A stretch of 64,000 nt of DNA from Octopus vulgaris (lineage: Eukaryota). Location of the stretch: positions 24,242,001-24,306,000 of the forward strand of contig OX597834.1 of NCBI GenBank assembly GCA_951406725.2. The letters run 5' to 3'. A program made the position numbers and the translations under genes. Shown here piece by piece: positions 1 to 60,179 of the stretch. A model generated the notes under the pieces. It saw only the letters and a program-made list of their open reading frames with translations. It did no database searches and was not told the origin of the DNA. Within the stretch, counting starts at the first letter, position 1. Every line of letters begins with the position of its first letter.

Positions 1-940
1 TTGAGGTTTCAACGATGTGATTGTTTGTTTTTAGAATATCAATGTAGGTTAGGTGTGAGAGGCTGGATATGGCCAGTTTGAATATAAAACATGTAGAATA
101 TCTGGGCCAGATATGGCCGGTTTAAACACTAAAGGGTTAACCCTGTATCTGCATTGATCAAGCTGATCTGTGATCAAATACATTCCAATCTTGGTCATCC
201 AGTTTAATTTTTAAACAAATTATACCTAGGAATACATTATCCAAGGTATTCTGTCTTGTTGAAGATCATAGGGTACAATTTGAGAGTAATTTGGCTGTTG
301 TTTCCAGCAAGTTAAATGTAGAGAAACTTCTAAGTTCCCCCAGCAAGTTAAATGTAGAGGAACTTAGAAGAGGAATTGGGAAACAATATTTAGCAATGAA
401 GATCTGTTATAATCCCATTTCTATCTTGGGTGCTTTTATGAATATTATTTTGACCTATATAGATAGATAGATAGATAGATAGATAGACACATACATACAT
501 ACACACACACACACATACAAGAGGGGATGTTTACCCAGACTATATTTTAATTCATATTTTAGTTAAACCCTAGGAGAGGGGTCAGCAGCTTTGTTAGTGA
601 CAGGGTTCATTAATAGTTCATTTATGGGGACAGAGAGGTCCTTCTCAAATATTTGCTGTATTTTCCCAACAAAACAATATAACAAGGTCTTCATTTTATT
701 TGATTTCTGGTCCCTATAGATGTGTTGACCCAAGATCAGAAATATTTCCTGTCAGCAAGGGGTGATAGTGGGGGTGGTAAAGGTAGTGGTGAGGTAAATA
801 AATAAATGAATAAACTTTTTTCTGTCTGTGTAAATCCCTGGTTTGGAATTTTTATGTGTGTTTGACATTTTCCTCTCTTAATGTTCTGTTGTATGCCAGA
901 AGGGCTTGTGTTTGTACTTTACCTCCCTCTCTCTCTCAGC

Positions 941-966
941 TGTCTGTCTGTCTATCTGTCTATCTG

Positions 967-1037
<71 letters not shown>

Positions 1038-1580
1038 GTCTCTGTCTATCTATCTGTCTCTGTCTATCTATCTGTCTCTGTCTATCTATCTGTCTCTGTC
1101 TATCTATCTGTCTCTGTCTATCTATCTGTCTCTGTCTATCTATCTGTCTCTGTCTATCTATCTGTCTCTGTCTATCTATCTGTCTCTGTCTATCTATCTG
1201 TTTCTGTCTATCTATCTGTCTCTGTCTATCTATCTGTCTCTGTCTATCTATCTGTCTCTGTCTATCTATCTGTCTATCTGTCTATCTATCTGTCTCTGTC
1301 TATCTATCTGTCTCTGTCTATCTATCTGTCTCTGTCTATCTATCTGTCTCTGTCTATCTATCTGTCTCTGTCTATCTATCTGTCTCTGTCTATCTATCTG
1401 TCTATCTGTCTATCTATCTGTCTCTGTCTATCTATCTGTCTCTGTCTATCTATCTGTCTCTGTCTATCTATCTGTCTCTGTCTATCTATCTGTCTCTGTC
1501 TATCTATCTGTCTCTGTCTATCTATATACATGTATACATGCATGCCTACATACATACATACATACATACATACATACATA
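941..1580. repeat. Compound microsatellite (TCTA)n grading into an 18-bp TCTATCTATCTGTCTCTG unit, then (TACA)n
   Basis: Direct inspection. Confidence 0.95.
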
Positions 1581-1584
1581 CAAA

Positions 1585-2490
1585 AGGTCTTGTAGGTTGT
1601 GGGCTCGTTTGAAGGAGGGAAGGGGTCAGTTAGGGAAGATGTGTGAAATGGAGGGGTCAGTTAGGGAAGATGTGTGAAGTGGAGGGGCTGGACTGGAGTC
1701 GCCAGATGGCTCGGAGAATGGTAGGGGAGACTGGTGATGGCGGGGGGGCAGGTGCAGAGGGAGAGAGCAGATGCACAGTCCACAGAACATACTCTGGCAA
1801 GGGCAGTGTGGATAGTGGTGATGGGATATCCACATAGGATGAAGTGGCAAGCCATGAGTCGAGACTGAGTCTCAAAGTCATGGTCGTCACTACAGAACCA
1901 GCGTAGCCGGAGGAATAGGGGATGGAGAGCTTGGTGGAGGTAGAGTGGGAGGAGGAGAAGTTAAAGTAGGAGTGTGAGTCTGTGTGTTTGTAGTGGATGG
2001 AGGTGGTGAGAGTGGGGTGATGAATGCTGACCGAAATGTCGAGAAAGGCAACAGGTGTCGGAAATAGTGCAGGAGAAGTGGAAGGCAGGATGGAAAGATT
2101 TGACAAAAGGGAGGAAAGGGTCTAGATGTTCGCAGGAGAGTGAGGTCTCACCGATACAGTCGTCAATATAATGACCATATAGTTCAGGAGTGGGACCAGT
2201 GAAACTTGACAATATTTGGGCCTCAACGTAGCCAACAAACAGGTTCGTATACTTGGGGCCCTTTCTTATTCCCATGGCCACTCGCAAGACCTGCTGGTAA
2301 AAAACCACCTGCAAACGAGAAGCAGTTAAGTGAGAGGACCAGTTCAGCCAGGTGAAGGAGTGTGGATGTTTCAGGTTGGTCGAAGGTCAAGGAAATGCTG
2401 GAGTGCACACAACCCCTCGTGGTGAGGGATCTCTGTGTATAGACTCTTCAGGTGAAGAGAAGTTAAGAGGGACTAGGAGGGAAAGAGAAA
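1585..2490 (-). mobile_element. Penelope-like element reverse transcriptase fragment, frameshifted, with upstream pLTR remnant
   Basis: LAELVLSLNCFSF, YQQV..VAMG, GPKYTNLFVG, YIDD, FLDISV, TSIHYKHTDSHSY..SSSH, KLSIPYS are typical PLE RT motifs spread over three frames. Confidence 0.85.
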
Positions 2491-2786
2491 GAGTTGAACA
2501 AATATATATATATATAAGTATATGTATTTATATATGTGTGTGTGTGTGTGTGTGTGTATGTATATATGTGTGTGTGTGTGTGTATATATATATATTATGT
2601 GTATATATTAATATATGTATAGATATTAATATATTTATTGGCTAAACTGGCAAAATGACCATTCCTAAATACAACAATATATATATACAAGGAGTTACAA
2701 CAACTTTACTTGTGAGATTTTTGCTGCCCTGGTAACTATTTATTTATTTTTCCGTGTTAATTGTTAACAAGGTAAAAATACACTCA

Positions 2787-2835
<49 letters not shown>

Positions 2836-3361
2836 TAATATTAATGTATGTACATATTAATTTGTATATATATTAATATATGTATATATTATTATGCTGG
2901 TGGCACGTAAAAAGCACCATCCGATTGTGGCCATTGCCAGCCTCGCCTGGCCCCCGTGCCGGTGGCACATAAAAAGCACCATCCGTCCGTGGCCGTTTGC
3001 CAGCCCCGTCTGGCAACTGTGCGGGTGGCACGTAAAAAGCACTCACGGAGTGGTTGGCGTTAGGAAGGGCATCCAGCCGTAGAAACACTGCCAGATCAGA
3101 CTGGGCCTGATGCAGCCTTCTGGCTTCCCAGACCCCAGTTGAACCGTCCAACCCATGCTAGCATGAAAAGCGGACGCTAAATGATGATGATAATATATAT
3201 GTTAATATATGTATATACATACGTTTATATATACATAAATATATATATACATATATGTATTTACACACACACACACACACATATATGTATGTATGTGTGT
3301 ATATATATATATATATTAGTATATGTGTATATGTATTTCAATATATGAATATATTCATATA

Positions 3362-3411
<50 letters not shown>

Positions 3412-3454
3412 ATATATAAACACTCACACATATGCAAATTTCTGTTTGTGTTTC

Positions 3455-3489
<35 letters not shown>

Positions 3490-4448
3490 ATATATATATA
3501 TGTACGGTGTGTATATTTATATGTGTGTGTGTTTATGCTTGTATGTATATACTCATTTCCTTTTAACACAATTTCTTTTGATTTGAATCAACTATTAGAT
3601 GAATGAGGTTGGTTATATTACAGCTACTCCTATTGCTCACAGTATTAGTACCACTTCCAATGTCACCATGCACTACCACCACCACCACTACTACTACTAT
3701 TATTTATTAAAAGAAACATGTTTTCACTTGTACAATAGATAGTAAGAACCTGCTGTAGGCTTTTTGTTGTTGTAATTTCATCAGGGAAATCAGAATACGT
3801 TGATTATGAAAATAGCTGGAGAGGAAGTTGGTGGGGTAGGGTCTTTCTTTTTAGTTGAATATAAAGTGCGGTTGTGTGTGTGTCTGTGTGTGTATATGTA
3901 TGTATATGTGAGACCATGAAGTAAGTGTTATCTACCCAGTTACCATAGTGATGATACTAGAGATTGAATTAAAAACCTGAATTAGAAGATTACTATTGCT
4001 GTGGTTGGCTGTTATCTTTTTGATTCTTCTTTTTCTTTTTTTTTAAAAAAGAGATAAAGGTGAAGGGGACGACACAAGTTGTCGAGTGAGATAGAGATAG
4101 AGATTGATAGACAGAAAGAAAGGAAGACAGAGAGAGAGAGAGAGGCTGACAAACAAAATTGAAGAGAGTGCTACAGATAGTGAAAGGTCGAGAGAGGTAG
4201 AGAGAGAGAGAGAGAGATAAATAAAGGGGGAAACATATTGACAGAGATGGAGAGATAGAGAAGAGTTTAAATAAAGTAACTTGTAAAATTGGCTTGATTA
4301 ATACAGCGACAGGTTATAATATGGGTGTATGTGTGTGTTAGTGTGTGTATGGTGTGTCATCATCATCATCATCGTTTAACGGCCACCTTCCAAGCTAGCA
4401 TATATGTAATACACACACACACACACACACGCATGCACACACACACAC

Positions 4449-4503
<55 letters not shown>

Positions 4504-5473
4504 GTGAGTGAACAAATGAAAGGAAGTAGCACTCAGCACATAACTTAGAGTTTCCTGGGTGCTTTAGGGCACATCCAGAAAACATTGTCATGTGAAGCTG
4601 AGTCAAACTGTTAAGAAATATGTTCAGCTTTTACAAGGAAAAGGTCGACAGTAACTTCTAAACTTCAGCTTGTGTCAGACAACCTAAAGAAGCTGGCTGA
4701 AGCTTTGAAGTTGCTGTGTCAACCTTCTCTTTAGGAAAGTTTAATAAACATATACATTTCTTTACTACCCACAAGGGGCTAAACACAGAGCGGACAAACA
4801 AGGACAGACAAACGGATTAAGTCAATTATATCGACTCCAGTACATAACTGGTACTAATTTAATCGACTCCCGAAAGGATGAAAGGCAAAGTCGACCTCGG
4901 TGGAATTTGAACTAGGTGCAGGTATGGCTCTGTGGTAAGAAGTTGCTTCTCGTCCACATGGTTCTGTGTTCAGTCCCACTGTGTGACACCTGGAGCAAGT
5001 GTCTTCTATTATTGCCTTGGGCTGACCAAAGCCTTGTGAGTGGATTAAGTAGCAGAAACTGAAAGAAGTCCATTGTATATATGTGTATATTTGTTAGGAA
5101 GGGCATCCAGCTGTAGAAACTCTGCCAGATCAAGACTGGAGCCTGGTGCAGCCATCGGGTTCGCCAGCCCACAGTCAAACCGTCCAACCCATGCTAGCAT
5201 GAAAAGCGGACGTTAAACGATGATGATGTGTGTGTGTTTGTCCCTGGCAACCACTTGACAACTGGTGTTGGTGGGTTTACATCCCCATAACTTAGTGATT
5301 TAGTAAAAGAGACTGATAGAATAAGTACCAGGCTTAATAGAAAATAGGTATTAGGTCAATTCATTCAACTAAAAATTCTTCAGGGTAGTGTCCCAGCATG
5401 ACCACAATCTAATGACTGAAACAAGGAAAAAATAAAAGATATATATATGTTCTTTTATTCATTTATATTTCAG

Positions 5474-5519
<46 letters not shown>

Positions 5520-6279
5520 CTGTGGCCTGTACTCCATGACTGGCTCCTGTGCTGGTGGCACATAAAATGCACCTTCTGAATGCAGTCAATGCCAGTGCCG
5601 CTGACTGGCTCCTGTGCTGGTGGCACATAAAAAGCACCATCCGAACGTGGTTGATGTCAGCGACCCCTGACTGGCTCCCATGCTGGTGGCATGGAACCAT
5701 CCAAATGTGGTCAATGTCAGTGCCCCCTGACTAGCTCCCTTACCGGTGGCACATAAAAAGCACCAACTGAACATGGTTGGTGCCAGTGCCCACTGATTGG
5801 CTCCCATGCCAGTGGCACGTAAATAGCACCATCTGAACGTGATTGATGCCAGGGCTGTGTGACTGGCTCCTTTGCTGATAGCACATAAAAAGCACCCATT
5901 ACACTCTCAGAGTGGTTGGCATTAGGAAGGGCATCTAGCTGTAGAAACATTGCCAGATCAGATTAGAGCCTGATGCAGCTGCTGGCTTTCCAGACCTCAG
6001 TCAAACTGTCCAACCCATGCCAGCATGGAAAACAGATGTTAAACGATGATGATGATGATGGTTTTGATGATCACCATTTAACAATCATGCTCCATGCTGG
6101 TATAGGTTGGATAGTTTGGCAAGGATCCAATGAGTTGTGTGGCATGGTTTCTACAGCTGGATACCCTTCTTAACACCAACCACTTCACAGTGCTTTTTTT
6201 ATACCACCAGCACTAATGTGGTCACCCTGTGCATAATAAACACGACTGAAAACAATACCTCTGCCTTCACTAAGGTGGA

Positions 6280-6310
<31 letters not shown>

Positions 6311-7229
6311 TTGGTTTGAGACTTTAAATACTTTAATTGGTGTGTGTGTACCTGTGTTTGTGTGTATGGGTATATGGAAGTGTGTGATGCATTTGGTGTG
6401 TGTGTGTCGGTATGTATGTATGTGTGTTTGTGTGGGTGGTGTATGTGTGTGTGATTTCATCATCGTCCTCATCATTTAGCGTCCATACTTTCATGGGTTG
6501 ATTTGTATATGTATTTGTAAAGGGTGTATGTATGAATGTTTGTGTATGGATGTGAATATATGTTTGTAGTTATGTATGAATGTATGTATGTGAGCATGTA
6601 TGTGTGTATATGTGAAAGTGTGTGCATATGTACGTAAATTTGTGTGTGTATATGTGAGTGTATTTTGTAATGTGCGTGAGTGTGTGTGTGTGTATATATA
6701 TAATTATGCATGCACAAATGTATTGTAAGTGTGTGTGGTATATAAAAGTGCGTGTGGGAGAGAGAGAGAGAATATCTGTGTAGCCAGTGCTATTTGAAAA
6801 AATTTAATCTCTACCAGATAGATTATCTGTAGAGACAAGCATATGATGGTGGTGGTGGTGGCGGTGGCGGGGGTGGGGACAGAAATGAATAAAGTGATTA
6901 AGGAACAGCAACTGAAGGCGAACAAAGATAAAGAGAAGTGATGATCTTTGAGGGATGTTGGTTGGATTGTCTGAAAATCCTCCAGCAGGATGATGTCACT
7001 TTAATTACTCTCGTTATTTAGTTAATATCTTTGTGTGGTGATGGATTACTCCTCCCCCTCATACCATTGACTGGTAAACCAGGTTGAGAGAGAGAGAGAG
7101 ATAGAGAGATTAAGGAAGACTATTTACTTGGTCCCTCAGTCTGCAAGAAATAACAGTCAAATATCCCCCAAATCACACCCTGTAACCTTAAGCTGCTTTA
7201 GATAATGTTGTCCACATCTGGTCAAGCTT

Positions 7230-7600
7230 ACTTGTAATTTGCCTGACTTGGTATCATTGCTCATCATGGTCTTGGCATAGAATTTAGGAGATTAACTGGA
7301 CAGTATCTGTTGTCTCTTATGGAGCTGGTCATTGAAAGTGTCTGTCAGATTGTCAACCACATGTATCCATGATGGGATAGAGGAGGATTTGGGGGCTGAA
7401 GCCCATGGATAATTTCCAGTAATCCTTGGTGGCCTGGCAGTGCTATCAGAGTGCATTATTGGCTTAAGATAGAGTCTACTGGCATGATAGTGCCATCATC
7501 CATGCCTGCCTGAGAGGAGCACAGATTTTCAGGACTGTTCTGCATTTGGTTATACAGTGTTCAAGAATTGCTGACTTGTGTAGTGTTGTAGACCTGCTCT
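7230..7600 (+). mobile_element. Degraded L1/Tx1-clade LINE ORF2 C-terminal fragment
   Basis: Hand translation AWQCYQSALLA*DRVYWH...ACLRG...RTVLHLVIQCSRIADL resembles the zf-RVT region. Confidence 0.5.
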
Positions 7601-8518
7601 AAGTGCGTGCTTATAGGCTGAAAATTACAGAGTAGAGAGAGAAGCACTGGTCATCATGTTCATGGTGAGCAGAGTGACTTGGAATTTATGGAGTTCCTTG
7701 GTTGCCCCTTGCTCTTCATCCTTTTGACTTTGCCCTTCATCTTTTTGAGGTTGATAAAATAAGTGCCAGTTGAGCATTGGTGGTGATGTAATAAACTAGC
7801 CCCCTCCCCCAACATTTCAGTCCTTTTGCACATAATAGAAAGGATTATTATTATTATTATTGAGTGTTTGCTTATATAATTAAAGCAATGTTTATTCAAT
7901 CAACAGCCGCAGTTAACTGGGCTTCATATATTTGTACAAGAGACTCTCAGTGTATAAACAATTTTGCTTGTATATATATGTGTATACACACACACACACA
8001 GACAGACAGACAGAGAGAGAGAGAGACACACACACACACACAGATAAATGTATGCTTTTTAAATCCTGTGGACCACTGCTTTGTATGAGTGTCTGGCACC
8101 TGGTTTCATTTTATAAATTAGATTAAAAAGTGTGGAATTAAAATTGTTATTTTAGTAAGACAGCATATTACTGCCATATAGTTTGTTTTTAGCTCCACCC
8201 ATTAGTAACAAGTTAAATCAGGAATTTCATGTCTGTGTGTCTTATTGCTGTGAATGTCTGATAAGGTGGGATTGTTCTCAGAGACTTTCATTAAAGAAGT
8301 GTTGGTTATGTTAGAGCTTCGTTATCTCACCTGATGTCTAGTATCTATTCTTTTGGTGGTTATTTGTTACCACTTGTAACTGCACTTGTTTGATATGCCA
8401 ATGGGGGAGCTTGTGTGTGGTGGCTTGACTTCCTAGAAATAGTAACCAAATCTCTTTCCATACTATGCTCTATCATTGTGAAAGAAGGTCATTTTGAATA
8501 GAGTGATTCTTGGTACAC

Positions 8519-8744
8519 TACGGAGGTGGTGTGTTGAAAAGTTCCTGGTTTTATGGGGACTGTGAAAGGCCTGGTTGGAGGCCCAACTTTCCAAGTTCTT
8601 TTACTCGGTTTAAAAACAATTGAAGGACCACTGCAATAAGTGTGTGAATCTGAGAGAGGACTATGTTGAACAAAATCATAATTAACTGATCCTCCTGTAT
8701 TTTTTTTTTACCCACAGCCAGGGACTTTTCATCACTCCCTCGTA
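8519..8744. mobile_element. Non-autonomous mariner-type MITE
   Basis: Terminal inverted repeats tacggagg..gtgttgaaaagttcctgg / ccagggacttttcatcactccctcgta; second copy 9371-10113. Confidence 0.7.
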
Positions 8745-9370
8745 TGCCTCAATAAAAGATCTGTTGTTCATAGCTGGGATATCTTTGACTATAGGTTTGC
8801 CTAAAGCTAAACAGTAACTACAACAACTACATACAAAAATACAAGTCAAGTTTGGAAGCTTGATGCAGAAACTCAGAGACCAAATTTCCTTCAGATACAT
8901 GTTAGGTAAAGTGAACTTAGGATATCTGTAAAAAGTTGAGATTGTCACAGTTGAAAGGTTTTCGTTCATAGATCTGTCCAACATACATTCAACTCAGCAA
9001 TACCATGGCTCATAATTATTGTCCAAATAACCTCACTCGTGCGACAAAAATCTAGGTCACATGAGCCCCAAAGAAGACAAGTATTTCACATAACTAAGAT
9101 AATATCCCAAGAGTTCAAGTTACCTTATTAGAGTGAATAAATAGTTCAGCCCAGAACAGTAAACAATGAATGATACTGTATAAGTTTCTGGTATCCTCTA
9201 CTCTTGAATGGAACTACCTGTATACTATTATTATAAACGTTAGTGTATATTCAGGAAAAGAAGGTTTTAGTACATTAAAAATGTATAATATAGTCCCAAC
9301 TTCATTCAAGACCTGGGATGATTTTTTTAAGGCAATTTTTTTTTATAAAGTTCATATTATATGCCATCAA

Positions 9371-10113
9371 ATACAAGGGTGTGCTGAAAAGTTTCTGGCT
9401 TTAAGGGTGTCACAAAAAGCCTGGTTGGAGACCCAAACTTCTGTGTTCTTTTACAACACTTAAAACCAAAGAACTGCTGCAATAAGTGTGTGAATCTGAG
9501 AGGGGAATATAATAATAATATATAATAATGAAATTATTGTATACAGTGTTCAGGTGCACCACAACTTGTCAAAAGTGTATATAAAGTATATGCAGTAATG
9601 TACAAATGTCTGGAAAGCGAACAGTGTATGAGTCAGATACATGCTTGCGTGTGTATGGAGGGGAAAAAATCAGGTGTAGTGTTGGCAAATCTCAGGAAGC
9701 ATGGAAGTTTTGAAGGATGCAGTGCTCCGACAACTAACAACTGATGCCGGCAGTCTATTCCATGCTTCAGCAACTCTTAGTGTGAAAAAATGTTTATGAA
9801 AGTCATGGGAGCTGTGCTGTTTTCTGACTTTGTAAACATGTCCACAGGTGTTAGACGGGTGGAGTTTGAAAAGGTGCTCAGAGTTATTGTTTGTAAGATG
9901 GTTAATAATTTTATGGGTGTCTGCCAAGTCAGCTGCCAGACGTCGGAGTTTCAATGTGTCCATGCCCAGGGAAGTAAGGTATTCAGAATATGGCAAGTGC
10001 CTGATGAAGGGTATTCTCTTGGTTGCACATCGCTATTAAATAAAATCATAATTAACTGATCCTCCTGTATTATCTTTTATCCGAAGCCAGCAATTTTTTT
10101 GCACCCCCTCATA
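9371..10113. mobile_element. Second copy of the mariner MITE, interrupted by a CR1 3' fragment
   Basis: Collinear with 8519-8744 on both sides of the insertion. Confidence 0.7.
9510..10035 (-). mobile_element. CR1-like LINE 3' end
   Basis: LGMDTLKLRRLAADL...FFTLRVAEAWNRLP..VV...FK, then 3' UTR and (ATT)-like tail. Confidence 0.8.
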
Positions 10114-10292
10114 CACTAGATTGGTGGTGTTTGTCATGAAATGCAGTAATGATACTGCAGACAGTGACACCCTTCCTCTCAGCCTCTTTGCATCCTGGCA
10201 GTGGTGGTGTTAGTGATTGTAATGGCTGTAAACTATTCGTAGTTGCAGTACTGCTGATAGTGTACATGATTGTAGGGTTAGGTCATAAATCA

Positions 10293-10325
<33 letters not shown>

Positions 10326-10369
10326 ATAAACCACACATCATTAATAATAACTACCTTCTCTGTTTACAG

Positions 10370-56508
<46,139 letters not shown>

Positions 56509-58429
56509 AGCAAAAATATAATAAAAAAAAAGAAATGGAAAAACGTTTTAATAAATAATAACTATCATAATATATACGAATTATAATATTGAAAAAAAAA
56601 AAAAAACAAATCAGTAAACCAAACCTATTGAACTTACAAGGAAAAAAAATTTTAACGAACTGAAAGAGAAAAAAAAAAATTCCCACAAAATTTCCTTAAA
56701 TTTCTTAATTTCCAAACTCAGTGGTACTATTTGCTAAATCATTAATGAGAAATTTTTTGTTCTTTTTTGTTGTTGACTATTTTTTAATTTTTGAAAATAA
56801 TTTTTTTCATCATGTAGAACTGGGTTATTACATTAAACCATTCTCTCGCTAGATTTCTTTACTGTTTCCTAGTGAAGATTTCAGAGAATTTTTTTTTTCT
56901 ATTTTTGCTTAATTTTTTTTTTTTTTGTTTGTATTTCTCTCTCAAGATAAAACAAAAACAATGGGAACTTTAAAAAGTAAATAAAAAAAATTTAAAAAGT
57001 ACATTGTATTTCAGTTTATTGTAAATTACCTTGTTTCTTCAAGATTTTCAAAAGGAAATTCTTGAAATGTCATTTTAACTCTAAACATCCTATATGAGAT
57101 AGAATCACCTGAAAGTGAATGGTATAACAAGAATTGCAGTAACCTTGAAAATATTGAAAGGCACGGCTGTGTAGTAAATTTGCTTCCTAACTGCACAGTT
57201 CTGGATCCTCTCCCACTGCATGGAACCTTGCACAAGTGTCTTTGTAAGCCTAGTACTTATTCTATTGGTCTCTTTTGCTGAACCGCTAAGTTACGGGGGA
57301 CGTAAACACACCAGCATTGGTTGTCAAGCGATGTTGGGAGGACAAACACAGACACACATATACATATATATACGATGGTCTTTTTTCAGTTTCCGTCTAC
57401 CAAATCCACTCACAAGGCTTTGGCTAGCCCGAAGCTATAGTAGACACTTGCCCAAGGTGCCACGCAGTGGGACTGAACCTGGAACCATGTGATTGGTAAG
57501 CAAGTCTTGGGCTGACTTATTCTATTGGTCTCTTTTGCTGAACTGCTAAGTTACGGGGACGTTAACACACCAGCATCGGTTGTCAAGCGATGTTGGGAGG
57601 ACAAACACACACACATATACATACGATGGGCTTTTTTCAAAATCCACTCAAGGCTTTGGCTGGCCCGAGGCTATAGTAGAAAACACTTGCCCAAGGTGCC
57701 ATGCAGTGGGACTGAACCCAGAACCATGTAGTTGGTAAGCAAGCCTTGGGCTGACCAAAGCCTTGTGACTCATATTCCTACAACATGACAATGCACTGGT
57801 CAATGTGACTAACCAAAATGGTGGTGGTGGTGGGGGGGTACTGGAAATGTTGTCTGACCATGCTACAGTCCAGATCTTGCACCATCAGATTACCATGGCT
57901 CATTTCCTGCACAGATGGAGGTTCAACAATGTGGGTGAGGTTTAGAGCCAAATGATATAAGCATGGACTTGAGCTTCTGGCAAAGCAATGGCAACAAACA
58001 ATAGAATATGTTGGGATATATTTTCATATGTAAAGAAATACAAAAAAATCTTTTGACTAGGTTTAATTGCTTGTTGAAGTTTAGGAAGGACAGGTGTGGC
58101 TGTTGCAAGTATATACACCAAATATAAATTCCTCCTTGAAAAAGTTGCAGCTTCAAATATAGTTAAGACCAAGTCATTTATCCTGCAAGGGAATCTTAAC
58201 CCTTTAGCATTTAAACCGGCCATATCCGGCCAAAAGTATTCTGCCTGTTTTACGTTCAAACTGGCTAGATCTGGTCTCTTACACCAACCCTACAATATCG
58301 TTTTAAAAATTAACAGCTACCTCATCAAAATCTCATAGCTACAAGATAATTCATGATTAAGTTCAAAACTAATGTGGATGGAAAGAGGCATTAATTTTGG
58401 TAGAATAATGTGAACACTAAATAGTTAAT

Positions 58430-59800
58430 GCATATACTGGCACTGGTCACCAAATTTGGAAAAGAGTGATTGAGGGGATTGGTAAGCTTGAACTCAGTGT
58501 GAATGGAGGGGCCCTTACTAAACTTCTGTGCTAGAAATGGGCTCTCCATTATGAACACATTCTTCGAGCACAGGGCTATCCATAAGTATACCTGGTATAG
58601 GGATACTTCTGGACAGAAATTATTGGTAGATTTTGTTATTGCCTTTGACCTCGTTGATTCTGTGCTGAATGTCCACATAAAAAGAGGAGCTGAGCTATTA
58701 AATGACCTCCACCTAGTTGTCTGGAACATGAGACTATTTACAGCATGGGGAACTAACAAGACCGATAAGTTTGGTATGACTTACAAGATAGAGTGGAAGG
58801 CCCTGGTAGATGATAGAATCAGAAACGAATGTGCAGACACTGTTGCACAAACTGAGGATGTTGAAATGGAGTTGAGATTGTTTTGTTCAGTACCATGTGG
58901 CAAATCAAAATGATTTAATCAGGAAGTTAAAGATACCACCTGAACAAAGGTGGCCACAGAGCTTGGCTTGGAACCATGTCTCCCCTTTAGCACATGCAGT
59001 ACACAGAGGCACAAAAAGTTGCAGCAGAGACAGTAAAATATCTACAGCTAAGTCATGGGAGGACTCTGAGGTGAAGCTGGACTCTAACTTTAGCAATTTA
59101 AAAGTATTCTGGAAAACCATCTGCTGATTTTGTGATGAAAAACCCTCTTCCATGCCCATCATTAAGGACTCAGCTGCTATTCTCTTTACAGAGAAGAGTA
59201 TGCTTGGGAAGTGGAAAGAATACTTTGCTGCTCTCCTAAGTCCAGTTACAATAAAATCTTCTGGTGGACATGAGATGCATCTAGGGGTGAAGACTAACCT
59301 TGCAGAAGATGAAGTAACAAGGGAGATTAAAATTAACAAATGTGACAAGAATGCTGGAAAGGACGAAATTAGGCCAGAGATGTTAAAAGCCTTAAACAGA
59401 GGTAGTCTCTGACTTGTGTATGTCAGGTGGCTTGAACCTCTGGGAAGATACCAGAGCAATGGTAAGCAAGGGTGATAGTCCTAATTTTTAAAAAGGGAGA
59501 TGAGAGAGAGAGAGAGAGAGTGCTCCAATTGAAGTGTCTATATGAATGCCCAAAGGTTACTTTTTGGGTAAATGGTGCAAAGTTAAAACCTTTCAATGTG
59601 GGCGTTGGACTTCAACAAGAGTGTGTATTTGTACCTCTTCTTCTCATAAATTTTATGAACAGGATTGATGAGCAGTTTTTGTGGAAGTGGCATCACGATT
59701 GGTGATTGGTTGGCTGATAATTGCTGATGACATGGTGCTACTCATCAGGTAATCTCTAGCAAATGGGTTCACTGTCAAGTGCTGCAAGGTAGAGATAAGA
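58430..59800 (+). mobile_element. Degraded RTE (Rex3/Expander-like) LINE, endonuclease to RT
   Basis: LLNFCARNGLSIMNTFF.H...KYTW; RGAEL..D.HLV; WKEYF; AG.DEIRPEMLKAL; VGLQQ.C...PLL. Confidence 0.85.
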
Positions 59801-60179
59801 ATTATCTGACCAATCCCAAGGAAAAACTAAGCTAAGAGCATTAGATTCCTTGGAAGAAAGCGAATGTATACAAAAGCAAGGACAGAAAAAAAGCAGAGAA
59901 TGTTACACAACTACAAATAACAGGACATAACAATAGGTGTCCTTCGACTAAGGATGAATTAAATTAATATGGAAGTAAAGTGTTACGGCAGGGATACAAG
60001 ATTTCACAGGCACAGGGAGGAATATAGATGTTGCACGGACAGTAACTGAACCAAGAAAGAAAGGTCAGGCTTAGCTGAACACCGGTCACGTGGGGAGAGA
60101 AGAGAGGTAGAGAGACAAGAAATGAGGGGTGGGAAAAAAATGACAGGGACACAGTGAAGTGAAAAGAGAAGGCAAGGAA

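Noticed and set aside
306-366. 25-bp local duplication
   Set aside because: Ordinary slippage or repair duplication
856-1677. 200-270 aa ORFs (SIYL/ICLC repeats)
   Set aside because: Stop-free microsatellite open in all three frames
5521-5900. CRISPR-like repeat/spacer appearance
   Set aside because: Eukaryotic intron-rich DNA, 'spacers' are homologous to each other, no cas genes; part of a SINE
8085-8126. MSVWHLV as the Myo6 start exon
   Set aside because: Early stop and no similarity beyond VW
10001-10030. CTGATGA as a hammerhead core
   Set aside because: Antisense of CR1 coding sequence; no stem II or GAAA
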